Origin: an uncultured Chthonomonadaceae bacterium
Lineage (GTDB): Bacteria > Armatimonadota > Chthonomonadetes > Chthonomonadales > Chthonomonadaceae
Assembly: GCA_963835065.1 (NCBI GenBank)
Contig: CAWIEK010000011.1
Location: forward strand, 64,001 to 128,000
DNA: 64,000 nucleotides
Direction: 5' to 3'
This document shows positions 43,389-54,184 of this stretch, piece by piece (position 1 is the stretch's first letter; each line of letters opens with the position of its first letter). The position numbers and the translations under genes were made by a program. The notes below the pieces were generated by a model that had not been told where the DNA came from, ran no database searches, and was given only the letters and a program-made list of their open reading frames with translations.

Positions 43389-44015
43389 ATGCCATACGTG
43401 CCATTTAGAAAAAAGGATCAGGCGGCTTCTCCCTATGGCCGCGCCACCGATCAGGGCTTGATTGCCGCCTGCGTGGGGGGAGAGGCTGCCGCGTGGGACG
43501 AACTTATCCGTCGCTACGCCGCCCTGATTTACTCCACTTGCCTGCGTATGGGCGTTTCGCAGGCGGACACTGAAGACGTCTTCCAAAATGTCTGCCTGAT
43601 TCTGCTGAACCATCTGGCGGATTTACGCGATACGGCCAAACTTTCCGGCTGGTTGATTTCCACGACAAAGCGCGAGGCATGGCGCGTCCTGCGGCGGCAG
43701 GGCGCGACTCTGGCAACGGATATGGGCGAGGGCGCATGGGAAATGGAAAGCGCGGAAAGCGTTTACCAGACCCATGCAGGCGCGAACCCGGAGGCCGATG
43801 TAATAGCCCTGACAGAGCAGCAATTGATGCGCGAAGCCCTGAGCCGCCTGCCTGACCGCTGCCGCGATCTCCTCACCCTGCTGTACGTTACTGAAAATCC
43901 GCTCAGTTATCAGGAACTTTCCGCAAAGTTCTCCCTTCCGATTGGAAGCATCGGCCCGACCCGCGCCCGCTGCCTGCAAAATCTCCGCAAACTCCTTCAG
44001 GAACTTGGCTATTGA
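43389..44015 (+). CDS. ECF RNA polymerase sigma factor
   Basis: Region 2 (AAWDELIRRY, DTEDVFQ, GWL) and region 4 (LPDRCRDLL...SYQELS...GSIGPTRARCL). Confidence 0.92.
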   Translation: MPYVPFRKKDQAASPYGRATDQGLIAACVGGEAAAWDELIRRYAALIYSTCLRMGVSQADTEDVFQNVCLILLNHLADLRDTAKLSGWLISTTKREAWRVLRRQGATLATDMGEGAWEMESAESVYQTHAGANPEADVIALTEQQLMREALSRLPDRCRDLLTLLYVTENPLSYQELSAKFSLPIGSIGPTRARCLQNLRKLLQELGY

Positions 44016-44232
44016 TCCTCTTGTCGCTTTTCCTCCCAATCTCCGCTTGCATTTGTTCTCCTGTTCCCTTTATTCCGGCAGCGAAAAACTTTCTGCAAAA
44101 TTTTTGACAACATGTATTTTTCTGGATTTACTCGCCTCTATGGTATGTGCCGTATGTGCCGCAGAACGTGGAGCAAACAAGGAAACCCTTGTGGCAATGT
44201 CGTATTGAGGATTTGTTGGGCGGTGGAAGTTT

Positions 44233-44919
44233 TTGCTCAAGTTTTTACTACAGAAGTCAGGTGCGGATACAGACGAGGGGAGCGAACCGGTGAAGCGTTG
44301 CGGAATAGCCTTTGAAACGTTGGCGGACTACCACGAGGGAAAAGCGGAAGCAGGCGCAACAGCGCAAATCCGCGAACACCTCGACCGGGATTGCCCGCAT
44401 TGTCGGCAAAACCTCGCCTGGCTGGAGCGCGCGGAAGTTACGTTGCGGCAGGCGCAGCCCGTACAGGTTCCCGAAGCCGCGATGGAAAAGGCGCGCGCCC
44501 TGTTCCGCGAACAGTTCCGCCCCGCTGTTACGGCTTCCGCTCCCAATCCTGTTTTTGCCTGGCTGGCGAGTTTGCAGTTCGACAGCCGCAGCAGTACGCT
44601 TGCGCTGGCCGGGGCGCGCGGCGGGAAACGCGAAGGCGTTCAGCTTGTGTACAGCACCGAGGTTCACGACATTGATTTGTTTCAGGAGCCGAACGCGCAG
44701 GGAAGTTGGTATCTCATCGGGCAGGTGATGCCGCGCAATGGGGAAACGTCTATCGTGCCGAGCGAGATTGTTTTGACGGAGCAAAACGGCAGTCGGCTGA
44801 CGTTTACGCCCGAAGGCGAGGAGTTTCATCTGCCTGCCGTTCCCGAAGGAATTTATGAGATCGCGCTGCGCCTGGCTGAAGGACAAATCACGCTTCCGAA
44901 CGTCGGGGTCGGCCAATGA
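44233..44919 (+). CDS. zinc-binding anti-sigma-like protein with C-terminal beta-sandwich
   Basis: EHLDRDCPHC (ZAS-like HxxxxCxxC), FDS...AGARG, no TM. Directly follows the sigma gene. Confidence 0.7.
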   Translation: MLKFLLQKSGADTDEGSEPVKRCGIAFETLADYHEGKAEAGATAQIREHLDRDCPHCRQNLAWLERAEVTLRQAQPVQVPEAAMEKARALFREQFRPAVTASAPNPVFAWLASLQFDSRSSTLALAGARGGKREGVQLVYSTEVHDIDLFQEPNAQGSWYLIGQVMPRNGETSIVPSEIVLTEQNGSRLTFTPEGEEFHLPAVPEGIYEIALRLAEGQITLPNVGVGQ

Positions 44920-47844
44920 GCGATGTCATGCCCTTAGAGGATTCGATGAATGGCGGCGTTTCGGTGGAATCGTTATGCGAACGCCTGCTTAATCTGCCTG
45001 AATCGGCAGAGCGCGACGCGCTGCTGCAAGAAGCCGCCGGACTGCCGGATTGCCTGCCGTATCTGCTGCAATCAGCGCGCGAGCGGATGAATGGCGACAC
45101 GACGGGAACGCTGCTGCGGGCGCGTCTTGCCGCCGCGCTTGCGGAACGGAGCGAGGATGGGACAGGCGGGGCGCAGGCATGGCGCGTAATTGGACAGGCT
45201 TTGCGCGTTCAGGGCGACCATACGAATGCGGTGACGGCGCTGGAAACGGCTGCTTCCTGTGCCATGCAGTCGGGTGACGCTCGGCTGGCCGCGCAGGTGC
45301 AGATTGGGCGTATTGACTCGCTGAACTGGCTTGGGCGCTACGACGACGCGGTTCTGCTGGCTCGGCGTCTGGAAACCGAACTGCGCGCGCATGGCGAGGA
45401 AACGGATGCCGCCAAAGTCCTCGTGAATTTAGGCGCGCTGCACTATCGGCGCGATCAGTACGCGCTTGCCCTGTCCTGCTACGAGCGCGCCCTGCAAACG
45501 CTGGAGCAAAGCGGCGAAGTGGTGGCTTGCGCCACCGTGCAGACCAACATCGCTGCCGCGCTGATGGAACTGCATCGCGTGGACGAGGCGATTGCGCTTT
45601 TTGAGCAGGCGCGCGCCACGTTCGCCGCGCATGAATTGCTCACGCCCGCCGCCAAAGTGGATGCCAATGTCGGCTTTCTGCACTATCTTTCGGGACGCTA
45701 CGCGCAGGCGATTGCCGCCCTGCTGCGGGCGCGCGAGGAGTTTACGGCGCGGGGGCAAACGCTGGAAGCGGCCAAGTGCGACGCGGATGTGGCCGAATCC
45801 TACCGGGAACTAAATCTGTATCCCGAAGCCAGCGAAGCGTATGCCCGCGCTTCCCGCGAACTGGAATCCTTCGGCGTCGGCTACGAGCGCGCCCGCGTTG
45901 AATTGGGCCGCGCCGCCGTATCCATCGCGCAGGAACAGTTTGCGGACGCGCTGGCAAGTCTGGAAACGGCGGATTCGCTGTTTGCCGCGCACCGCAACGT
46001 GACCCAACAGGCGCGCGTCCGCCTGCTCCGCGCCCGCCTGCTGCGACAGGAAGGACGCCATGACGAAGCCATACAGGAGGCAAAGCGCGCGGCGCGAACC
46101 CTGACGCGCAGCGGCCTGCGCGGTTGGGCGGCGGAAGCGCGCCTGCTGCTGGCGGAAATGGCGGGCGAGGAGGGGAACGACGCAGTTCGCTCCCTGCATA
46201 CGGTTCGGAACACGGCGCGGACAACGGCGCGCGGCTGGCTGGAAGCACAGGCGGAGCGCGCGCTTGGACGCCATTACCTGCGCAAAGGCAATGTGGGGCG
46301 CGGCCTGCGCCATTTGAAAGACAGCGTACAGGCGTTGGAGCAGGCGCGTACCCTGATTGCTCCCGAAGAGATGCACGTCTCGTTTTTGCGGGACAAACTG
46401 GCGATTTATGAGGAAACAGTGGGCGCGTTGCTGGCGCGCGGACGCAGGCAGGACATTGCGGATGCGCTGGAATACGTGGAGCGAGCAAAATCCCGTCTGC
46501 TCTTGGAACGGGTACAGGCCGCGCTGGACAGCCGCGCTCCTGCCGAGACCTACGCTGCCATCCCCAGCCCGCGAGCGATTGGCGACCCTACGCTCCGAAC
46601 TGAGCCGAAGTTATCAAAAGCTGAATGTTGTGGATGAAAGCGAAGCGCGGCGTATCGGCGCGGCAGGGATTGCGGAAACGTCTGCCCTCAACGCGCTGGA
46701 ACAGGAATATGCGGATGTGCTGCGCAAAGCAGAACGGACGTCTCACGCTGCTTCCGGCCTGTTCAGCCTGCCCGACGTGGTTCCCACACAAGATTTGTCC
46801 GACCGGCTGCAAAGTAACGAAGCCTTGTTGGTATACTACACCGTTGGCGGGATGGTTTGCGCGTGGATTGTCACGCGGCAGGAAGTGCATTTCCGCGCCA
46901 ACATCGCCGATCTGGAAGACGTCAGCCACGCCGCCCGCCGCCTGCGCTATCAATTGCAGCGCGTCGGGTGGGACGGTGAACTTTCGCAGCGACACGCGCT
47001 TCGGTTTCAGGCGGACGCGCAGGAAGTTCTCGCGCGGCTGTACGACCTGCTGCTGCGCCCTATCACCGATTTGCTCACGAGGGAACACCTGGTTGTCGTT
47101 CCCCATGCCGAATTGCACGGCCTGCCGTTTCATGCGTTTTTTGACGGCGCGCAGCCGGCGCTGGATCGCTGGGAAATCAGCTATGCGCCGAGCGCGGCTT
47201 TGTGGCACCGGGGCGCAATCCGGCAGCAGGCGGGCGGGGAAAGCGTCGCAAATTGGGCAGATGCGGAAGCTTTGCTTGTCAGCGTGCCGTCGCCCGGTAT
47301 CGCGCAGGTAACGCGGGAAGTGGCGGCGTTGGCGCATTTATTGCCCCATGCCTGCGTTCTGCATGGCGAAGCGGCCACGCTCCGGGCGGTGCAGGCGCGC
47401 GCCGGGAATTGCCGCCTGCTGCACCTGGCGACCCACGCTTTGTACCGCGCCGACAACCCTTTATTCTCCGGCTTGCAGTTGGCGGATGGCTGGCTGCTTG
47501 CGCGCGACCTGTACGCGATGCGCCTGCCCTGCGACCTGGCAACGCTGTCCGCCTGCCAAACCGGGGCGGCGCAGGTGGAATGTGGAGACGAGTTATTCGG
47601 ACTGGTGCGCGGGTTTCTGGCGGCGGGCGTCCGATCCGTAGCCGCGAGTTTATGGCCCGCCGACGATCAGGCGACGGCGGCCTTGATGCAGGAATTTTAT
47701 CCGCGTCTGTTGCAGGGGCAATCGAAAGCGGCGGCTTTGCGGGGCGCGCAGCAGGCGATGCGCCTTCGGTTCCCACACCCTTACCATTGGGCGGCCTTCG
47801 CGCTCATTGGCGAACGCGGCAACAGCGTTTCCGCGCCTGCCTGA
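44916..47844 (+). CDS. TPR-CHAT caspase-like protease (frameshift near 46562)
   Basis: N-terminal TPRs, ERAKSR, VPHAELHGLPF, catalytic HLATHA and LSACQTG, SLWPADD, HPYHWAAF. An extra C in CCCC joins the two ORFs. Confidence 0.9.
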
Positions 47845-47970
47845 CTATCGCTCAGGACATACGCAAACCGGCGCAGCAGGAAAACATACAAAAAGATACA
47901 CGGGTTAAAACCGCCGGAACAAAGGCGTCCGGCAGGGAACGCGCAGCAAGGAAAGATAGGAATAGCAATC

Positions 47971-49218
47971 ATGAAACAGGCTTCGATAACACAACATGCG
48001 AAAGGCAAGACTGTCCTGAAACTGCTGACCGCCGTATTTGCTTTGCTCACGATGTTCGGTGTGCGCGCCAAAGCGGACGACATCGTTGCCGGGCACGTTC
48101 TGGTACGGGTTGCGACCGGCGTAGACATTCGCGTTCTGGCGGCAAGTTACAATACCACCGCGCAGGATCAGGTTCCCGGAACCGACCTGTACAGTGTCGC
48201 CACGCCGCGCGGCACGAGTGAAACGCAGTTTGCCCAGAATTTGAGCAAGGACAAGCGCGTTCTGTATGCCGAGCCGGACCGTCTCATTATTTCCCCCGAA
48301 GTCGGCGGCAGTCCGTTTCATCTGGCGTTCGACTTCACGCCACAGCCGACTACGTATGTCAACTCCGTCAGCTATACGCAGGTGAATTTAGGGCAGGTGG
48401 ACGCGCTGCATCAGATCAACGGGAGCCGCCCATTAGCGACGGGCTACGGCGTTGTCGTGGCGGTGCTGGATACGGGCGCGACGTTCACGCACCCGGATTT
48501 GCAGGGGCACTACCTGGTCGGCTACAACGCGCTTGCGCCCGATACGCTTCCCCTGGACATCGCCGATGGCGCGACTAACGCGGAAGTGGGGCACGGCACG
48601 ATGGTTGCGGGCGTGATTGCCCGTCTCGCGCCCCAGGCCGCCATTCTGCCCATTCGCGTTCTCAACGGCGACGGCACCGGAACCCTGCTGAATTTGGTGA
48701 AAGGCATCCACTACGCGAACACGCACGGCGCGCGCATCATCAACATGAGTTTTGGCTGCTCGGTGAAATCCGGCGCGCTCAATGACGCCCTCGACGAGTC
48801 GGAACTGGCGGGCATCGTGCTGGTTGCCGCCGCGGGTAACAACAATCTCAATCAGGCGCTCCCGCCTACGGTCAGCCGGGGAACCATTGCCGTCGCCGCC
48901 GTCGAGGGGGACAACACGAAAAGCCCGTATTCCAATTATGGCTCCTTTGTGCGCGTGGTTGCGCCCGGAAGCAACATTCGCAGCACGTATGCGGATGGCG
49001 GGTACGCAACCTGGTCGGGAACGTCGTTCGCCGCGCCGTTCGTTGCCGCCGAAGCCGCGCTGATTCTGTCCGTATCCCCGTCTCTGACCGCCGATCAAGT
49101 AAAAGACTACATCCGCTCCACCGCCCGCTCGGTAGACAATCAAAACAAAGCCTACAAAGGGCAGCTTGGCAAGGGAATCATTGACATTGAATCCGCCGTG
49201 AAAGCGGCGCATCCCTAA
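47971..49218 (+). CDS. secreted subtilase (S8 serine peptidase)
   Basis: Signal peptide and triad motifs VAVLDTG, GHGTMVAG, SGTSFAAP. Confidence 0.92.
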   Translation: MKQASITQHAKGKTVLKLLTAVFALLTMFGVRAKADDIVAGHVLVRVATGVDIRVLAASYNTTAQDQVPGTDLYSVATPRGTSETQFAQNLSKDKRVLYAEPDRLIISPEVGGSPFHLAFDFTPQPTTYVNSVSYTQVNLGQVDALHQINGSRPLATGYGVVVAVLDTGATFTHPDLQGHYLVGYNALAPDTLPLDIADGATNAEVGHGTMVAGVIARLAPQAAILPIRVLNGDGTGTLLNLVKGIHYANTHGARIINMSFGCSVKSGALNDALDESELAGIVLVAAAGNNNLNQALPPTVSRGTIAVAAVEGDNTKSPYSNYGSFVRVVAPGSNIRSTYADGGYATWSGTSFAAPFVAAEAALILSVSPSLTADQVKDYIRSTARSVDNQNKAYKGQLGKGIIDIESAVKAAHP

Positions 49219-49253
49219 ACGCACTATGATACGGACTTTTCATCCCAATATCG

Positions 49254-49428
49254 TTCAAATAAGAGTTCGTAGGGGCGTGATTCATCACGCCCGCAACGTA
49301 CCGCATTCCGCAAAGGGCGCAACATATTGGAGGATGCAGGCGCAAGCATGGCAGAGGGCGTAAGCATGGCAGAGGGCGCAAGCATGGGAGGGCGCAATAA
49401 ATTGCGCCCCTACGAACTTTTCTTTGAA
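49254..49428. repeat. GTAG-type REP-like element
   Basis: gtaggggcgtgattcatcacgccc ... gggcgcaataaattgcgcccctac, with three internal ~20-bp repeats (ggcgcaagcatggcaga). Confidence 0.8.
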
Positions 49429-49440
49429 CTTGTTTTGAGT

Positions 49441-49471
49441 AAAAGCCGGGCTGGTGAACAGTCCGGCTTTT
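49441..49471 (+). terminator. putative intrinsic terminator
   Basis: aaaagccgggctg-gtgaa-cagtccggctttt followed by a T-rich tract. Confidence 0.55.
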
Positions 49472-49651
49472 GTTTTGCCGAATTTTGGCGCTTTACAGAA
49501 AAATATGTGGAAAAAGACCGCGAAAACTCTGCCTTGATGTATCAAAACCGGTTTGGCGTTCCTCTCCTGTCACGAAGAGCGCGCAGAACAAGATTAAGGT
49601 TCTGCAAGCCACACAGATTACTGTTCATTTCTCAGGAGGATTGATTTCGCT

Positions 49652-50473
49652 ATGAAAGTTGTTACCACCATTTCCGCGCTGATTGCATCCCTGTCTGCGT
49701 TTGCCGCGTTCAACGCCGCGCCCGTCCGCGCCGATGTGACGGATCGCCTGTATGACTTCACCGACGCCTACTACGCGCAGAACGGCATTAATCCCGCCAA
49801 ACTCGCGGGGCGCAAGCAGGCTCCGTCCGCCAACGCCGTGATTGACAAGCCCTTCTTTGCCTCGCAGCGCAATGTGCGCGTGATCGGCCTGGGCGGAACC
49901 TACACGGCCAACGGCTCCGTCGCCTACTTTGCGGTGATGGCGGGTTTCGGACCGGACGGCTTTACCAATGACGCAGCCGGGCAGCGCGCCCACCAGATCG
50001 CGGACACCTACATCGAATACATCTTCCCGCAGCGTAACGCCGATCCGATAGGACTCGCCAATGCGCGGCAGGCTACGGTACAGGATACCGATCACGGGTA
50101 TTTCAGCAACGATCCGCTCGGCCTGTGGCTGCACGTCTGGGTCAACTACACGGATGCCGCCTTCAGCACCAAAGACGGCCAGAAGGCGCTGTCCGATCTG
50201 GCAAAGAAGAACGGGCTGGCGCTGGACGGCACACCGATTATCAAGACGACGAGCGACATTCAGAACTTGAACAGCAAGGGTTTTGTCACCCTGCGCACCC
50301 GCAATGACGGCCTGCGCTACGCCGTCTGCCCCGAAATCCGAGACCCGCGCCGGGGCGGTATTTCCCCCGAGGCCTTCCTCAACACGGCACACAAGCCGGA
50401 CGGCTCGCCGCTCGATTTCGCCTTCACCGTCAACTTCGACAGTCTCAAAAACACAGGCGAATGGGCGCGGTAG
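49652..50473 (+). CDS. secreted hypothetical protein
   Basis: Strong RBS AGGAGG, signal peptide (VRA-D) and strongly biased codons. Confidence 0.8.
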   Translation: MKVVTTISALIASLSAFAAFNAAPVRADVTDRLYDFTDAYYAQNGINPAKLAGRKQAPSANAVIDKPFFASQRNVRVIGLGGTYTANGSVAYFAVMAGFGPDGFTNDAAGQRAHQIADTYIEYIFPQRNADPIGLANARQATVQDTDHGYFSNDPLGLWLHVWVNYTDAAFSTKDGQKALSDLAKKNGLALDGTPIIKTTSDIQNLNSKGFVTLRTRNDGLRYAVCPEIRDPRRGGISPEAFLNTAHKPDGSPLDFAFTVNFDSLKNTGEWAR

Positions 50474-50690
50474 TACACGGCGGCATAAATATGCCTGCAT
50501 AACCGGATTATAAAAATCCCGTTTGCAGGCATGCGACCAATCGTCCTAAAGACGAAAGAACTACCGGCGTATTTACGCCGTGATCTACTAAAAGGCTGGC
50601 GCATCGTCCTATTCAAAGTGCCCTGCGCAGACAGCGAAGGAGTAAAATTGTTGGCGGTTGAGTACAGCGCCTTGTTCGGCGGCGGGTACG

Positions 50691-51047
50691 TTATGCCTGA
50701 GGTTTGCGGATTCGCAAGACTCCGGGAGAAATAACCGTAAAAGCGTTTGGCATTTCTGCGCCATGTTCCTCCAGGACTTTGGATACGGTAGCGGCCTTCG
50801 TTAAAGACGCGAACCCCATAAGCCGGAGCAGAATGACGCCCCTATGCACCAGCCGCTGCCGGTAAACAAGTTCGCCAAAATCTTTATCTTCAGTGACAAG
50901 CAATGCGCTATGCTCGTTGGCTCGCTGCAAAACAACTTCATCGGTGATGCCCGGTTCCATTTCCGCCACGTACAAGACATTGTGACTGTCGCGCCGCAGC
51001 CTTTCCACAACTTGCCTGTCAACACCTTCATCTGCCAGTAAATTCAT
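50691..51047 (-). CDS. DUF5615 PIN-like toxin
   Basis: LLADE...TDEVVL...LVTEDKDFGEL. Confidence 0.85.
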   Translation of the reverse strand: MNLLADEGVDRQVVERLRRDSHNVLYVAEMEPGITDEVVLQRANEHSALLVTEDKDFGELVYRQRLVHRGVILLRLMGFASLTKAATVSKVLEEHGAEMPNAFTVISPGVLRIRKPQA

Positions 51048-51292
51048 GCCGCTTGCTCAACCAGAGGGTAAATAACATCGGCCCGCAACGCTCGAGCGGC
51101 GAAGGCGACGGATGCCAGAACTGCCTGATGCGTGAGGCGCGGATGCGCCGCCACAATTTGTTCGGCTGTTTCGCCCGCGCCTAACCGCTCTAAAATAGAT
51201 TCAACTGTGATGCGCGTACCAACAATGACGGGCTTCCCCATCATAATGTGTGGGTCTGATTGAATCGGTGAAGTGTCCATGTTTGCCTCCAT
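51044..51292 (-). CDS. DUF433 antitoxin-like protein
   Basis: DPHIMMGKPVIVGTRITV. Overlaps the toxin start. Confidence 0.88.
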   Translation of the reverse strand: MEANMDTSPIQSDPHIMMGKPVIVGTRITVESILERLGAGETAEQIVAAHPRLTHQAVLASVAFAARALRADVIYPLVEQAA

Positions 51293-51385
51293 ATCTCATT
51301 ATACCGCCTTTGGCGCTGTCGGTTCTTGCCAAATTGCACACCCTCTGCGAACGAGCCTGACAACGGCGGGCAATATCGCTTGCTT

Positions 51386-52507
51386 CTAAACAGGAGAAGC
51401 CGCGTGCGGCTTCTCTATTGCACCGGAGCGTTCAGCTACAGTCTGTGCGTTCTCTAGCGGTTTGACGATACAACGATCTATAACTCTTGGATCATCGGGG
51501 TTTTTTGGCACACGGACAATCGCGGCAAACTCTCTATCCCCTACAGGTCTGCCGTCCTTATCCTTGATGTTGTAAAGTTCCTCCCAACACTCGGCCAGGT
51601 ATTTCCCCGCTCCTTCTGTTCCATCTGCGCCAACGCCCGCGATGATGACCCAAGTTTTCTCATGAATATCACTCCCCGTCGGATGAAATTTGAGAATTAT
51701 GCCATAATCGTTTATGGTGTCGTCTTTGTACTCCCGCAACTCATTCACTGGCTTATACTTGGGACAGTCCCAATCCGGGTTTTTCAGTGTAAGATGCCCG
51801 CCTACAGGAGCATCATATTCCTTCTCGAAGAACTCTTCTGCTCCTCTTCTTAGACTAGAATCAGTGAAGTAGTTGGAGAATAGCCCGAACATTATCAGGT
51901 TGCTGTCTCGCCCTTTCATTTCTATGAGGTCAGTATCTGTCAGAATTTCAGGTGTTTCTTGTGACATCTCGCCTATTAAAGCAGCTACATAACCTAACGC
52001 CTTCAAATCCTGCAAAGCTGCCGTTTCCGTGTGGTCGAAACTCACATTCTTTAATGCTGAGTTAGGCCGTTCACGAACTTTTTGCGAACGAAAGAAAGGC
52101 AAACAGTTGTGAATCGAAAGCTGAAACAGGCCAGTTTGATGAAGTGGAACGGGTGTCCTACCAGGAGAAGGCATTTGAGACGTAGGGATGGTGGGCACAG
52201 GTACAAACTCCGGGAAGATAAGGCGAACCTTACCCGGCGCGAAACGCCCAAAGAACATCTGCCTGAACATCCGCCGCCTTTTGAACATGGGTACGAAATC
52301 GAGCAACAGAACTACCAACTCAAAGGTGGCAGCGGTGAGCAAAGCTATAAATATACTGTAGAAGGGTTGCTGAATCGGCTTGCAAAGTGACAATCCCACG
52401 CCGCCCAACACTGCCGCGCCAAGCAATGCAAAGAAGCGGCTCTTCCCAAACCGTGAGCGTTTTAAGTCTTCCAACAGTATCCGCAACTTCATTGCCATCC
52501 CTGCCAT
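51386..52507 (-). CDS. hypothetical protein with two N-terminal TM helices
   Basis: 373-aa ORF, visibly more AT-rich than its flanks. C-terminal DYGIILK...IIAGVGADGTEGAGKYL. Confidence 0.7.
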   Translation of the reverse strand: MAGMAMKLRILLEDLKRSRFGKSRFFALLGAAVLGGVGLSLCKPIQQPFYSIFIALLTAATFELVVLLLDFVPMFKRRRMFRQMFFGRFAPGKVRLIFPEFVPVPTIPTSQMPSPGRTPVPLHQTGLFQLSIHNCLPFFRSQKVRERPNSALKNVSFDHTETAALQDLKALGYVAALIGEMSQETPEILTDTDLIEMKGRDSNLIMFGLFSNYFTDSSLRRGAEEFFEKEYDAPVGGHLTLKNPDWDCPKYKPVNELREYKDDTINDYGIILKFHPTGSDIHEKTWVIIAGVGADGTEGAGKYLAECWEELYNIKDKDGRPVGDREFAAIVRVPKNPDDPRVIDRCIVKPLENAQTVAERSGAIEKPHAASPV

Positions 52508-52872
52508 TCACAAAAGTAAGAGTGTGTTCTAATACGCGACATGTTGCATTGTAGCTGAACTAAGAATTTTGCCGCACCTGTGCAGCAAAACCCCAATTCC
52601 GCCTGCAAAAAAGCGCAAAATTGTAGTCTTTACCTGAAATTGCGTCTTGCGACGTAACAGGCCATGTTTTGCGGCAAAAGCCGTATTTTAGACATGTACG
52701 CGCTAATATCTCTCTTATTTTAACATAAAGGTTACGTAGTGTCAATATCTACCCTTGAGACAAATTACGCCTTCGTTCGTGATGTTATGTATTCCCAACT
52801 CCTCTGTTTCGGCATAGAGTAAACGCATTTTGGCATCATTCGCTTTACGTCAAGTTCTACAGGAGTACATGA

Positions 52873-53646
52873 TTAAGAAGGTGTCTTGTGGCGTGTTTCT
52901 TCCGAACTCAGGTTGCGGAAGCGGGGCCAGCGTTTCAGGTGTAAAAACGTCAGTCGGGCAAAGAATATCTTGATGAGGATGTTCTTCGTTTTGTACCACA
53001 GCGTGGCGTAATTGCGGGCAGGAAGGGGTGGCGTCTGCAGCGCGAAATCGAGCGGCGGAAAGTACGCATAGATGTTGACCGCGCCCAGCGCCTCGTACTC
53101 CTCCACGCCCGCATAATCGCATGGGGCTGCTTCCATCCCGGCCAGATTCCGCGCGGATTCGGTCAGCAGCAGGTATTGTTTCGCTTCGAGAGAGTTTTTC
53201 AGCAGACGGTGGATTAAAATCACGTCCGTTCCCGCCAGTTCGGTAAAGCGGTCAATGCGGTGCATCAGGGCGGTTCCGACGTGCAGCAGGATTTTCAGGC
53301 GCAGACATTCCGTATGGCGGCAGGCTTCGCACTGACAGATGTTGGATTGCGACAGTTCCCGCAGTTTGCCATCGAACGCGCGGAAAAAACTGTCCATCTT
53401 CGCCAGCACGTCGCGCATCTGCAAAGCCGCCGAAGCGGGGTCGAGTTCGCAGTACAGAAACACGGCGTCGCCTTCCAGCTTGGCGACCACGAGCGGCATT
53501 TTGGCTTCGCGCAGCACGGTTTGTATCAACTGCGTGATGATGATTTGCCCGTGCGCCAGCGCCTCTTTATGCGACACCATGAACTGCGTATACCCGCTGA
53601 TGTCGCACATAGCCAGCAGCACGGATTTTGCCTCGTTCGCCACCAC
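52873..53646 (-). CDS. DUF2652 / class III nucleotide-cyclase-fold protein
   Basis: DISGYTQF, KLEGDAVF, CQCEAC and LAGTDVILIHRLLKN. Confidence 0.8.
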   Translation of the reverse strand: MVANEAKSVLLAMCDISGYTQFMVSHKEALAHGQIIITQLIQTVLREAKMPLVVAKLEGDAVFLYCELDPASAALQMRDVLAKMDSFFRAFDGKLRELSQSNICQCEACRHTECLRLKILLHVGTALMHRIDRFTELAGTDVILIHRLLKNSLEAKQYLLLTESARNLAGMEAAPCDYAGVEEYEALGAVNIYAYFPPLDFALQTPPLPARNYATLWYKTKNILIKIFFARLTFLHLKRWPRFRNLSSEETRHKTPS

Positions 53647-54001
53647 ATTCTCCCGTCTACAGTTGCCGCAAAGATTTTCTTCTTACTTTTCATTGTTCAA
53701 AGTTGGTCGTTGCTAAATTGTTCATGGCTGCGCGACTTTCCTGTTTAAGCGTCCTGTGCAGACGACTTTCCGTGCCAATAATCTGTTTTGCGCCGTTTTC
53801 TGTGGCTGTGAAGTCGCTTTTCACGTTCTGCGCGCAGCCTGGCGTACATTCGGGCACAAGTTGGCATGTTGGCTCGTCTGGAAGGTACGGCGTGTCCCAT
53901 GCGCCGGTTCGTGACGTTCTGCTCGCGCGGTCAGGGGAGGCCATTCCTGTGGGAACTCGCCGGAACCCGCCGCAGGGCAGAAATCGGAAGAGAGGCTGAC
54001 A

Positions 54002-54184
54002 ATGCAGATACGCAAACGTCTGAAACAAGCAATGCCTGTGGATACCACTCGTTTAACGGACGCTTACCGTCAGGTAGTTTCCAGTCTACGCGAAGCGCGG
54101 AGCGTACAACCCGCGCAGGAGAAAGAACGCCAGATGCAGCGTTTGATGCGCTATATGTGTCCTGCCGATCCAATGAAACCGTAA
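54002..54184 (+). CDS. small hypothetical protein
   Basis: 60 aa with a GAGAGG RBS. No recognisable motif. Confidence 0.3.
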   Translation: MQIRKRLKQAMPVDTTRLTDAYRQVVSSLREARSVQPAQEKERQMQRLMRYMCPADPMKP

